DNA of 50,311 bases. It comes from Acidimicrobiia bacterium. GTDB lineage: Bacteria; Actinomycetota; Acidimicrobiia; Spongiisociales; UBA11373. The notes beneath the pieces are model-generated. The model searched no databases. It was not told the DNA's origin and saw nothing but the letters and a program-made list of their open reading frames with translations. The stretch's first letter is position 1; the number at the start of each line of letters is the position of its first letter. The stretch lies in assembly GCA_040878325.1 (NCBI GenBank), contig JBBDMM010000017.1, forward strand, positions 1 through 50,311, given 5' to 3'. Below are positions 11,353-20,176 of the stretch, piece by piece. The position numbers and the translations under genes are program-made.

Positions 11353-12243
11353 ATGCCCCATCTGCTCAATGTCCTCCGCGGTTTCCTCATGGGCTCGGCG
11401 GACGTGGTTCCGGGGGTCTCGGGCGGCACGGTCGCTCTGGTCCTCGGAATCTACGAACGACTGGTGGCCAGTATCCACGCTGGATCGGCCGCCCTCGGGT
11501 TCGGGCTCCGGGGTCGGTTCGCCGAAATGCGCCGTCGCGTCGGCGAGGTGGAATGGGGCTTGCTGCTGCCACTTCTCGCCGGCATCGGGCTGGCGGTACT
11601 CACCCTCGCCTCAACCATCGACCATCTGCTGGAGAACGAGCCGCAGAACACCGCGGCCGCCTTCTTCGGCCTGGTGCTCGGCTCGATCGTCATCGCCTGG
11701 CGCATCGTCAAGCGTTGGCTTCCGGTCCGCCTGGCGATTGGACTGGCGGTCGCCGTCACCGCCTTCTTCGTGCTGGGGCTGCGCACCGACCCCGTCGTCG
11801 ACCCGAGCCTGGTCCTGTTCCTCGGTGCGGGGGCGATCGCCATCGTGGCGATGATCCTCCCCGGAATCTCGGGCTCCTTCATCCTGCTGATGCTCGGCAT
11901 GTACCAGGCGGTGCTCGACGCAGTCAACCAGCGGGATTTCGCCGTGCTGGCCGTGTTCCTCGTCGGCGCCGTCATCGGACTCGCCTCGTTCTCCACCCTG
12001 CTCAACCGCCTGCTGCGTGACCATCACGACACGGTGATGGCCGCACTGATCGGCCTGATGCTCGGCTCACTCCGGGTGCTGTGGCCCTGGCCCGACGGGG
12101 CCGACACCGCCGCGCTGTCCCGCCCGGTCGACTGGGGCATCCCGGTACTGCTCGCCCTCGGCGGCATGGCGCTGGTGTTGTTGATCGGATGGGTGGCGAC
12201 GAGTCGCCAGTCTCCAGTCTCCAACCCCCAGCAAGAGGGTTAG
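11353..12243 (+). CDS. DUF368 membrane protein (undecaprenyl-phosphate recycling family)
   Basis: ADVVPGVSGGTVA and MILPGISGS re-entrant motifs. Confidence 0.92.
   Translation: MPHLLNVLRGFLMGSADVVPGVSGGTVALVLGIYERLVASIHAGSAALGFGLRGRFAEMRRRVGEVEWGLLLPLLAGIGLAVLTLASTIDHLLENEPQNTAAAFFGLVLGSIVIAWRIVKRWLPVRLAIGLAVAVTAFFVLGLRTDPVVDPSLVLFLGAGAIAIVAMILPGISGSFILLMLGMYQAVLDAVNQRDFAVLAVFLVGAVIGLASFSTLLNRLLRDHHDTVMAALIGLMLGSLRVLWPWPDGADTAALSRPVDWGIPVLLALGGMALVLLIGWVATSRQSPVSNPQQEG
12203..12237 (+). repeat. heptamer array GTCGCCA/GTCTCCA x2/ACCCCCA capped by GCAAGAG
   Basis: read directly; lies in the last codons of DUF368. Confidence 0.75.
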
Positions 12244-12288
12244 CGCCGCCAGACGCCTTCCGGCCGCCTGAGGCCAGTGGCTGGCCAC

Positions 12289-12351
12289 GCCTCCAGCCTC
12301 CAGCCTCCAGCCTCCAGCCTCCAGCCTCCAGCCTCCAGCCTCCAGCAAGAG
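12289..12351 (+). repeat. heptamer array (GCCTCCA)8 capped by GCAAGAG
   Basis: 8 perfect copies. Confidence 0.95.
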
Positions 12352-12417
12352 CGTCCTCCTCCGTCGTCTTAGACGGGAGGTGGGCACCGCCCGCAGGGCG
12401 GTGACGGAGGGGGCAGC
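12349..12417 (+). repeat. REP-like palindromic element, same family as 1051-1115
   Basis: GAGCGTCCTCC...GGGAGGTG...GAGGGGGCAGCG ends shared with the element at 1051-1115. Confidence 0.65.
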
Positions 12418-12501
12418 GAAGCGAACGAAGTGAGCCGACAGCGTGCGTGCACCACGCGATCTCCTCCTACCCGGAAGCACCCGCCGAACGCCTCGCACGC
12501 G

Positions 12502-12536
12502 TTCTTGCCAATCGCCAATCGCCAATCGCCAATCGC
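12502..12536 (-). repeat. heptamer array (GCGATTG)4 capped by GCAAGAA
   Basis: TTCTTGC(CAATCGC)4 on + strand. Confidence 0.9.
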
Positions 12537-12556
12537 AGCCGGGCCGAAGGCCCGGC

Positions 12557-12931
12557 CTAGTGCTCCCCTAGAGCAATGGCAAACACCATCGCGTCCTTGT
12601 CGGTGTGGGTGATCGTCACCTCGAAGCCGGTGACACCGAGCATCTCGGCCCGCTTCTGGGCGGTGCCGTAGAGCCTGACCGTGGGCTTGCCGCCGCCGGT
12701 GATCTCCACATCGGTCCACCGGATTCGCCGCCACCCGGTGCCCATGCTCTTCATCACGGCCTCCTTGCCGGCGAATCGCGCCGCCAATCGCCGCTCCGGC
12801 TTGCTGAATCGGAAGGCGTACTCCCGCTCATGATCGGTGAAGCACCGCTCGGCAAACCGCGGATACTTGCCCAGCACAACGCGAACCCGCTCGATGTCGG
12901 CCAGATCGATCCCCAAGCCGATGATGCGCAT
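12557..12931 (-). CDS. acpS: holo-ACP synthase
   Basis: IIGLGIDL, LAARFAGKEAVMK, TITH. Confidence 0.95.
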   Translation of the reverse strand: MRIIGLGIDLADIERVRVVLGKYPRFAERCFTDHEREYAFRFSKPERRLAARFAGKEAVMKSMGTGWRRIRWTDVEITGGGKPTVRLYGTAQKRAEMLGVTGFEVTITHTDKDAMVFAIALGEH

Positions 12932-12955
12932 GCACCCTCCGGTGACGAGGGACGC

Positions 12956-12990
12956 ATCTTGCCAATCGCCAATCGCCAATCGCCAATCGC
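12956..12990 (-). repeat. heptamer array (GCGATTG)4 capped by GCAAGAT
   Basis: ATCTTGC(CAATCGC)4 on + strand. Confidence 0.9.
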
Positions 12991-13026
12991 GGGCGAGCGC
13001 CAGCGAGCGGGCGGCTCCTGGCCGCC

Positions 13027-14883
13027 TCACTCCACCGTCACCGACTTGGCCAGGTTCCTCGGCTGATCGATGTCGTGGCCTCGGGCCGCCGCCACGTGAT
13101 AGGCGAGGAGTTGCAGGGGAATGATCGACACCAGCGGCGACAGAACATCCGGCACCCGGGGAATCCGCAGCACCTCGTCGGCGTGCTTGGCGATCTGATC
13201 GTCGTCTTCGTAGGCCACGGCGACCACGAAGGCGCCGCGGGCCTTGACCTCTTGAATCGCAGAGACCGTCTTGTCGTAGACGTCGCCCTGGGTGATCACC
13301 ACCACCACCGGGGTGCCCTCGGTGACCAGCGCCAGGGTGCCGTGCTTGAGCTCGCCGGCCGGCATCGACTCGGAGTGGATATAGGAGATCTCCTTCATCT
13401 TGAGCGAGCCCTCCATCGACACCGCGTGGTCGAGCCCTCGTCCAATGAAGTAGATGTCGTCGGAGGTACCTTCGGGACGCGGCGGCGCTGCCGAGCGGGC
13501 GAGGCGTTCGGCGATCCGCACCACCTGGTCCTCGGACTTGAGCGCCTCACCGATCTTCGCCGGGATTCCCCGGAGCCCGGCCACCAGCGTCTCGTCGATG
13601 GCTGGATCGAGGGTCCCCCGTTCCCGTCCGATGGCGAGCGCGAGCAGGTACTCGCCCACGAGCATCGTCAGGTACGCCTTGGTGGACGCAACCGCGATCT
13701 CGGGCCCCGCCCGGGTGTAGAGGATGTCAGTTGCTTCGCGGCTCAGGGTGGAGCCCACCACGTTGGTGAGGGCCAGGAGGCGCGATCCCCTCTCCTTCAC
13801 CAGCCCGGCTGCGGCCAGGGTGTCGGCGGTCTCGCCGGACTGACTGATCGCCACCGCGAGCGTCGTCCCCTGGATGATTGGGTCCGAGTACCTCAATTCG
13901 TGGGCGTAACCGACCTCGGTCGGGATCCGTAGCAGTCGCTCGAAGAGCTCCTTGCCGACGAGGCCGGCGTGATAGGCGGTGCCGCAGGCCGTGATCCAGA
14001 TCTTGTCGAGTCCCTCGATGAACCCGTCGGGGAAGTGGACATCCTCGAGCGCAACCCTGCCGTCTTCGAGCAGGCGTCCGCTCAAGGTCTCGGTGGCCGC
14101 GTGCGGTTGCTCGAAGATCTCCTTGAGCATGAAGTGGGGGTATCCGCCCCGCTCCGCCTGCTCGGCATCCCAGGTGATCTCGAGCTTCTCTCGCTCCACG
14201 GGCGTGCCGTCGAGCTTCTCGATCCTCCATCCATCCGGGGTGATATCGACCATCTCGCCGTTCTCGATCACCACGATGTCGCGCGTGTGCTCGAGGATCG
14301 CCGGCACGTCCGAGGCGAGGAACATCTCACCCTTGCCGATGCCGACCACCAGTGGGCTGATCATCCGTACCGCCACCATCCGCCCAGGTTCCTGCCGGCA
14401 CATCGCTACCAGGGCGTACGCCCCTTCGGCTTTGCCCACCGCCCGGCGCACCGCCTCGAGCAGGTCGCCGTCGTATTCGCGAGCGATGAGGTGGGCGAGC
14501 ACCTCGGAGTCCGTTTCGGACGTGAACTCGGCGCCCTCGGCCGCAAGCGTCTCCCGCAGCACCACGAAGTTCTCGATGATCCCGTTGTGGACGACGACGA
14601 AATCGCCGCCGGGGTCGGTGTGAGGATGGGCGTTGCGATCGCTCGGGGCACCGTGGGTGGCCCAACGGGTGTGCCCGATGCCGAAGTGGCCGGCCACCGG
14701 ACTGTCTTCGAGCACCGCTGCCAGCCTCGAGAGCTTGCCTTCGGCCTTGGTGACTGTGAGCACGGTGCCGTCATGCACCGCGATCCCTGCCGAGTCGTAT
14801 CCGCGGTACTCGAGGCGGCGAAGCCCCTCGACCACGATCTGGGCCGCATCTTTGGGGCCCACGTATCCCATGATTCCGCACAT
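13027..14883 (-). CDS. glmS: glutamine-fructose-6-phosphate aminotransferase
   Basis: MCGI N-terminus, GHTRWATHG, SQSGETADT, PRNLAKSVTVE. Confidence 0.99.
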   Translation of the reverse strand: MCGIMGYVGPKDAAQIVVEGLRRLEYRGYDSAGIAVHDGTVLTVTKAEGKLSRLAAVLEDSPVAGHFGIGHTRWATHGAPSDRNAHPHTDPGGDFVVVHNGIIENFVVLRETLAAEGAEFTSETDSEVLAHLIAREYDGDLLEAVRRAVGKAEGAYALVAMCRQEPGRMVAVRMISPLVVGIGKGEMFLASDVPAILEHTRDIVVIENGEMVDITPDGWRIEKLDGTPVEREKLEITWDAEQAERGGYPHFMLKEIFEQPHAATETLSGRLLEDGRVALEDVHFPDGFIEGLDKIWITACGTAYHAGLVGKELFERLLRIPTEVGYAHELRYSDPIIQGTTLAVAISQSGETADTLAAAGLVKERGSRLLALTNVVGSTLSREATDILYTRAGPEIAVASTKAYLTMLVGEYLLALAIGRERGTLDPAIDETLVAGLRGIPAKIGEALKSEDQVVRIAERLARSAAPPRPEGTSDDIYFIGRGLDHAVSMEGSLKMKEISYIHSESMPAGELKHGTLALVTEGTPVVVVITQGDVYDKTVSAIQEVKARGAFVVAVAYEDDDQIAKHADEVLRIPRVPDVLSPLVSIIPLQLLAYHVAAARGHDIDQPRNLAKSVTVE

Positions 14884-14940
14884 GCGCGCGCGTCTCCCTT
14901 CGCGAGGAGACCAGGAGGACCCACGGGACAATGGTCCCGC

Positions 14941-15090
14941 CTCACACCGATCCGGGCTCTGCCTCCGGGATCACTCCCGGGCTCTAACCCGCATCGTCAC
15001 GACCGTGAGTTGCCGAGAGGGCATCCGCCGACTGCTCGATGCTCCCTCTTCCTCGTCACCTCTCCTAAGAGAGGGCAGGCGCTCCAATAA
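14941..15090 (-). ncRNA. glmS ribozyme (GlcN6P-activated self-cleaving riboswitch)
   Basis: minus strand reads AGCGCC-[CCUCUC/GAGAGG stem]-UGACGAGG...AUCGA...UCGGCGGAUGCC, then CCGGGA-GUGA-UCCCGG GNRA hairpin and CUCAC/GUGAG pseudoknot; located in the 5' region of glmS. Confidence 0.9.
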
Positions 15091-15153
15091 CTCCGTCTGG
15101 GTCACCGGTCTGTTGCATTGTCTGTCGCGGCCCTTCGGCCGATAACGGGAAGG

Positions 15154-16491
15154 CTAGCCGTCGCCCTCCAATACGCCCCCGAGTTCCCTCCGTACCACCA
15201 CGACAAGGTCGTCGGCTATGGCGGCCGCTTCATGGCTCTCGGTTGCCTCGACCATCACCCGCACGAGCGGCTCGGTGCCGCTGGCCCGGATCAGCACTCG
15301 GCCCTGATCTCCCAGCCGCTTCTCCATGGCGGCGACGGTCGACCAGATGGGATCGGCGTCGGCGAGACGTTCCTTGACCCTCACATGGACGTTGCGCAAC
15401 ACCTGGGGATACTCGACCATCACCCGGCGAAGTTCCTTGAGGGGGGCCCCGGTGGCAGCGACGACTTCGAGAAGGCGCATCCCCGTCACGAGCCCGTCGC
15501 CGGTGCTCCGGTCCCGGAACAGCACATGGCCGCTCTGCTCACCGCCGAGACCTGCATCGACCCGCTGCATTTCTTCACGCACGTAACGATCCCCCACCGG
15601 GGTCTCCAACAGTTCGACGCCCATCTTCCGCATTGCCAGCCGGAACCCCAGATTCGACATCACCGTGGCTACCACCCGGTCGCCGGGAAGCTCACCGCGG
15701 CCGCGGAGGTGTCGGGCGAGAATCGCCAGGATCACGTCGCCGTTGCACACCCTGCCGTCCTCGTCCACGGCGATGCAGCGATCGGCATCACCGTCGAAGG
15801 CGAGGCCGATTTTGCCGGCGGCGTGCTCGGCGAGCATGCCCGTGCTCACCGCGCCGCAGCCGTCGTTGATGTTCATCCCGGTGGGCTCGATGTTGATCGC
15901 CTCGACATCCGCCCCCAGATCGGCAAACAGCCGCGGGCCTGCAAGAAATGCCGCCCCGTGGGCACAGTCGAGCACGACCTCGAGGCCCTGGAGTCGGTAG
16001 GCGGATTTGGCGGAAATGGACTTGAGATAGGCCGTCATCCCATCCCGACTGGGGACCTGGATTCCCACATCGCCGCCGCTCACCTCGTGCCAGGGAGGCC
16101 CATGCCGCAGGCGACCCTCGATCGCCGCCTCGTGATCGTCGTCGAGTTTGCCACCGTCAGGCCCGAAGAACTTGATGCCGTTGTCGGCAGCGGGATTGTG
16201 GCTGGCGCTGACCATCACCCCGAAGGCGGCGTTCATCTCCCGGGTGTGGAAGGACACCGCGCCAACCGGCACGATCCCGAGATCGACGGTGTCGAACCCG
16301 GCGGCGTTGAAACCGGCGTGGACGGCCGAAGCGAGCATCTGACCCGACCGGCGCGTATCCCGGCCCACCACGGCCAAACCGCTGCGACCGTCACCGGCGG
16401 CGCGGGCCAGCCCCATCGCGAGATCGGTGGTGAGGTCGACATTGGCGACGCCCCGGACGCCGTCCGTGCCGAATAAGGACTTGTGGGCCAT
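15154..16491 (-). CDS. glmM: phosphoglucosamine mutase
   Basis: LFGTDGVRG, SASHNP, FDGDADR, GGEQSGH, RASGTEP. Confidence 0.97.
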   Translation of the reverse strand: MAHKSLFGTDGVRGVANVDLTTDLAMGLARAAGDGRSGLAVVGRDTRRSGQMLASAVHAGFNAAGFDTVDLGIVPVGAVSFHTREMNAAFGVMVSASHNPAADNGIKFFGPDGGKLDDDHEAAIEGRLRHGPPWHEVSGGDVGIQVPSRDGMTAYLKSISAKSAYRLQGLEVVLDCAHGAAFLAGPRLFADLGADVEAINIEPTGMNINDGCGAVSTGMLAEHAAGKIGLAFDGDADRCIAVDEDGRVCNGDVILAILARHLRGRGELPGDRVVATVMSNLGFRLAMRKMGVELLETPVGDRYVREEMQRVDAGLGGEQSGHVLFRDRSTGDGLVTGMRLLEVVAATGAPLKELRRVMVEYPQVLRNVHVRVKERLADADPIWSTVAAMEKRLGDQGRVLIRASGTEPLVRVMVEATESHEAAAIADDLVVVVRRELGGVLEGDG

Positions 16492-16524
16492 CGCGGTTTC
16501 TTTCGGCGCGTGGCGCCGGAGGCG

Positions 16525-16923
16525 TTAGCGCTTCGTGTACTGCGGCGCCTTGCGCGCCTTGCGCAGGCCGTACTTCTTTCGTTCGACGGCCCGAGGATCC
16601 CTGGTGAGGAACCCGGCCCGCTTCAGCTGGGGCCGCAACGCCGGATCGACTTCGATCAACGCCCGGGCGATGCCGAGACGGAGAGCGTCGGTCTGGCCGG
16701 TGGTGCCTCCACCTTCGGCGATGGCGTGCACGTCGTACCGGGTATCGGCACCGACGATGCGCAGGGGCTCGAGCACCCGCAGGCGGGTGGCCATGGTCGG
16801 AAAGTACTCCTCGAGCTTCTTGCCATTCACGAACACCTTGCCCTCGCCGTCGAGGAGGCGAACCCGGACCACCGAGGTCTTACGGCGTCCGACGGTTTGG
16901 GAGAGGGGCTTGGGATTCGGCAT
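16525..16923 (-). CDS. rpsI: 30S ribosomal protein S9
   Basis: [30 protein letters not shown]. Confidence 0.99.
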   Translation of the reverse strand: MPNPKPLSQTVGRRKTSVVRVRLLDGEGKVFVNGKKLEEYFPTMATRLRVLEPLRIVGADTRYDVHAIAEGGGTTGQTDALRLGIARALIEVDPALRPQLKRAGFLTRDPRAVERKKYGLRKARKAPQYTKR

Positions 16924-17387
16924 CAGGATTCGACCTTTCGAACGTCGAGGGTGAGCGACTGCGGAGCCTGCCCCTCATGCGGATGATCAGGACCGGCGTA
17001 AACCCTCAGCTTGCGACCCATGGCACGACCCAGCCGGTTGCGGGGAAGCATTCCCTTGACTGCCTTCTCGATCACCCTTTCAGGATGGATGTCGAGCAAC
17101 TCCCGAAACGATCGCTGGCTGAGCCCGCCGGGGTAGCCGCTGTGCCGGTAATAGGTCTTGTCCTCTTCCTTGGCGCCGGTGACGGCGATCTTTTTGGCGT
17201 TGACGACGACGACGAAGTCGCCCATGTCCATGTGCGGGGCGAACGTCGGCTTGTGCTTGCCCCTGAGGAGCGTGGCGACCTCACTGGCGAGCCTGCCGAG
17301 GGGCAGATTCTCGGCATCGACGAGCCACCACGACCGATCGATGTCGGAAGGCCGCGGCGTGAACGTCTTCTGCAGCTTCATCTTCAT
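16923..17387 (-). CDS. rplM: 50S ribosomal protein L13
   Basis: LGRLAS, LRGKHKP, HSGYPGG; GGGAG RBS before ATG 17387. Confidence 0.98.
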   Translation of the reverse strand: MKMKLQKTFTPRPSDIDRSWWLVDAENLPLGRLASEVATLLRGKHKPTFAPHMDMGDFVVVVNAKKIAVTGAKEEDKTYYRHSGYPGGLSQRSFRELLDIHPERVIEKAVKGMLPRNRLGRAMGRKLRVYAGPDHPHEGQAPQSLTLDVRKVES

Positions 17388-17548
17388 CGGAAACACTCCC
17401 AAATGGTGCGCGGCGCGCACGGGAAGCCCCGCGATGGCGGAGCGGCGGCGCATGGTAACGCCCCCAGAAGGGTTTGGGCCAATCCGAGCAGCATCCTGCG
17501 GCACGGGCGGTACCGCCTGTCGCCTGCAGCCGAGGTAGTTTGGCGCCT

Positions 17549-18757
17549 ATGTCGCTCGTCTCCCTGCCCGAGATCCACGAGGCCGCCGCCCGCGGCAAAG
17601 ACGTGGTGATGAAGACACCGCTGATCCCCACTCACACTTTCTCGGTGATGACGGGACGCGAGGTCTGGCTGAAGGCCGAAAACCTTCAGCGGGCGGGCTC
17701 CTTCAAGATCCGGGGGGCAATGAATGCGCTCTCGCTTCTCGACGACGAGCACCGGGCGGCGGGGGTGGTGGCAGCGTCGGCAGGGAACCACGCCCAGGGC
17801 GTCGCCCTGGCGGCCGCAACGCTGGGGATCGCGTCGACCGTCTACATGCCGCTGAATGCCGCCCTGCCCAAGATCGACGCCACCCGCCAGTACGGGGCCG
17901 ACGTCCGCCTTCATGGTGACAACATCGGCGATGCACTCGACGAGGCGCTCGTGTTCGCCGGGGAAACCGGGGCCCGGCTCATCCATCCATTCGACGACCC
18001 CACAATCGTCGCCGGGCAAGGCACGCTCGGACTGGAGTTGATCGAACAGATGCCCGCCCCGGGCACCGTGGTGGTGCCGGTCGGCGGCGGGGGGCTCATC
18101 TCGGGTGTCGCCGCCGCGATCAAGTCTCTCAGCCCCGAGACGCGGATCGTCGGCGTGGAAGCCGAAGCCGCCCAGCCGTACATCGTCAGCCGGGCTGCCG
18201 GGACGCCGACCCCGGTTCCCCCGCAGTACACCGTGGCCGACGGCATCGCAGTCGCCCGGCCCTCTGCCCTCAGCTTCGAGCACATCGAGGAGTTTGTGGA
18301 CGACCTGGTTGCCGTCACCGATGGCCAAATGATGCTCGCCGTGACCCTGCTCCTCGAACGAGCCAAGCTCATGGTCGAGGCAGCCGGGGCCGCCCCCCTC
18401 GCCGCCGTCATGAACGGCCTCGTTCCCCAGACCAAAGGGCCCACCGTGCTCGTTCTCTCCGGGGGGAACGTCGACCTGCTGGTCGTGGACCAGGTCATCC
18501 GCCACGGCCTCGAGGCCGGGGGGCGCTACGGCTCGTTCGAGGTCCGCGTCCCTGATGTCCCCGGCCAACTCGCCCGTGTCACCCGAACCATCGCCGAGGG
18601 AGGCGCCAACGTGGTTTCGGTCGACCATCAACGCCAGGGCATCGGCCTGCCGTTCGGCTACACCGCGATCCGGTTCTCGGTGGAGACCCGGTCGGCGGCG
18701 CAGTTCGACCAGATCTGCGACACCCTCCGCGACATGGGCATCGAGGTCCTTGTATAG
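17549..18757 (+). CDS. ilvA: threonine ammonia-lyase with C-terminal ACT domain
   Basis: KAENLQRAGSFKIRGA, ASAGNHAQG, VGGGGLISG, SGGN, ACT motif PDVPGQL. Confidence 0.92.
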   Translation: MSLVSLPEIHEAAARGKDVVMKTPLIPTHTFSVMTGREVWLKAENLQRAGSFKIRGAMNALSLLDDEHRAAGVVAASAGNHAQGVALAAATLGIASTVYMPLNAALPKIDATRQYGADVRLHGDNIGDALDEALVFAGETGARLIHPFDDPTIVAGQGTLGLELIEQMPAPGTVVVPVGGGGLISGVAAAIKSLSPETRIVGVEAEAAQPYIVSRAAGTPTPVPPQYTVADGIAVARPSALSFEHIEEFVDDLVAVTDGQMMLAVTLLLERAKLMVEAAGAAPLAAVMNGLVPQTKGPTVLVLSGGNVDLLVVDQVIRHGLEAGGRYGSFEVRVPDVPGQLARVTRTIAEGGANVVSVDHQRQGIGLPFGYTAIRFSVETRSAAQFDQICDTLRDMGIEVLV

Positions 18758-18758
18758 G

Positions 18759-18817
18759 CGGCCACCCTTCGGGCGGCCCGGCCCTATCGCGGGTCGCCCG
18801 AAGGGCGGCCCTATCGC
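18759..18817. terminator. two opposed cUUCGg hairpins between convergent ilvA and truA
   Basis: GGCCACCC-TTC-GGGCGGCC and GGGTCGCCC-GAA-GGGCGGCCC, each followed by GCCCTATCGC. Confidence 0.5.
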
Positions 18818-18839
18818 CGGCCGAGCGGAGCGAGGCCTC

Positions 18840-19586
18840 CTAGTACCCCACCGCCCAGAGCACCAGGCCATGTGGAGGGGCGGCGCCGCGGGCGGCGTTG
18901 CGGTCGCGGGCTTCGAAGATCTGGGGGATCGCACTCACCGGAACCCGTCCCCGGCCGATCTCCACGGACAGCGCCACCAGCGACCTGACCATCTGGTGGC
19001 AGAAGGCGTTGGCGGAGATCTCGAACACGAGCAAGCCCCGTGTGCCGTGGTCCTCCTCACGCCACCACGACGCCGAGGTGACCCGCCGCACTGCCGTCTT
19101 GCCTTCGTCTGAACGGCAGAACGAGGCGAAGTCGTGCTCGCCGACGAATGTTGCTGCGGCCGCAACCATCGCCTGCGTGTCGAGTGGCGACTCGATATGC
19201 CAAACCGTGTGGCGCCTGAGGGGGTCAGCCGCGGGTCGGTCATCGGCGAAGTATCGGTAGGTCCGCGAGACCGCGCTGAAGCGCGCATCGAACCCGTCCG
19301 GAGCCGGCGACACCGACCGAACCACCACCTCGGGCCCGAGCATGGCATTCAGCGATCGGCCGATGCGCTCGGTGTCGAGCCCTTCCCCCGCCTCGAACGA
19401 AACGACCTGGCTCGAGGCATGTACCCCGGCATCGGTGCGCCCGGCAACGGTGGTGGACACCTTCGACCCCAGCACGGTGGCGAGGGCCCGGTCGAGGTCC
19501 TCCTGGACGGTGCGCACCCCCGGATTGGCGGCGTATCCGTGAAAACCGGAACCGTCGTAGGCGAGGTCGATGCGATATGCCGCCAT
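18840..19586 (-). CDS. truA: tRNA pseudouridine(38-40) synthase
   Basis: AYDGSGFHG, AGRTDAGVHA, AFCHQMVR, APPHGL. Confidence 0.97.
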   Translation of the reverse strand: MAAYRIDLAYDGSGFHGYAANPGVRTVQEDLDRALATVLGSKVSTTVAGRTDAGVHASSQVVSFEAGEGLDTERIGRSLNAMLGPEVVVRSVSPAPDGFDARFSAVSRTYRYFADDRPAADPLRRHTVWHIESPLDTQAMVAAAATFVGEHDFASFCRSDEGKTAVRRVTSASWWREEDHGTRGLLVFEISANAFCHQMVRSLVALSVEIGRGRVPVSAIPQIFEARDRNAARGAAPPHGLVLWAVGY

Positions 19587-19666
19587 GCAGGAAGACTATG
19601 TCCCATACGGGCCGATGCGAAACGGATGGCGATCTGCCCGCCGGCGAGGCACCTAGGCTGCCCGAC

Positions 19667-20155
19667 GTGATCCGGCATGCCATCGACGCCGCCCTCCTGC
19701 GACGCAACCCCTACTTGCGCATGGTGCTTGCCCCTGACGGGGTCGCCGACGGGGCGATCGTCGTCGCCGCGGTGCACGCCATCCTTGCGGTCCCCTTTGT
19801 CATGGCGGGGGCGGGCGTGCTCGCCGCCGCGAGTCTGATCCTGTCCGGGCTCGTCGGTTGGATCATGCTCAGCGGCCTGGTGTACCTCATCGGGAAGCAT
19901 GCCCTCGACGGCTATGGGTCGTTTCCCGGCACGATGGCGGCAACCAGCATCGGCCAACCGGTCCTCATCGCCGCGCTGCCGCTTTCGCGACTCATCGACC
20001 CTTTCCAGGCGATCCTGGTGGTGTCGATCTGGCTGGTGCTGACGATCTGGGTGGCGGCGCGAGTTGCTCTCGAACTCGACTTCGGCCGCGCCGCCATCGC
20101 CGCAGTCGGCGGCTGGTTCGCCTACCTGGTGGTCATCTCGCTCTTCCGGATCTAG
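19667..20155 (+). CDS. hypothetical integral membrane protein (Yip1-like topology)
   Basis: about 5 hydrophobic segments; GTG 7 nt after TAGGCT. Confidence 0.65.
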   Translation: MIRHAIDAALLRRNPYLRMVLAPDGVADGAIVVAAVHAILAVPFVMAGAGVLAAASLILSGLVGWIMLSGLVYLIGKHALDGYGSFPGTMAATSIGQPVLIAALPLSRLIDPFQAILVVSIWLVLTIWVAARVALELDFGRAAIAAVGGWFAYLVVISLFRI

Positions 20156-20176
20156 CGGACCGCCATCTGCGGCCGG

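Noticed and set aside
12067..12525. ORFs with WRLEAGG/ASSLQPP/IANRQSP/LVTGDW peptide repeats
   Set aside because: These are translations of the non-coding heptamer arrays, not proteins.
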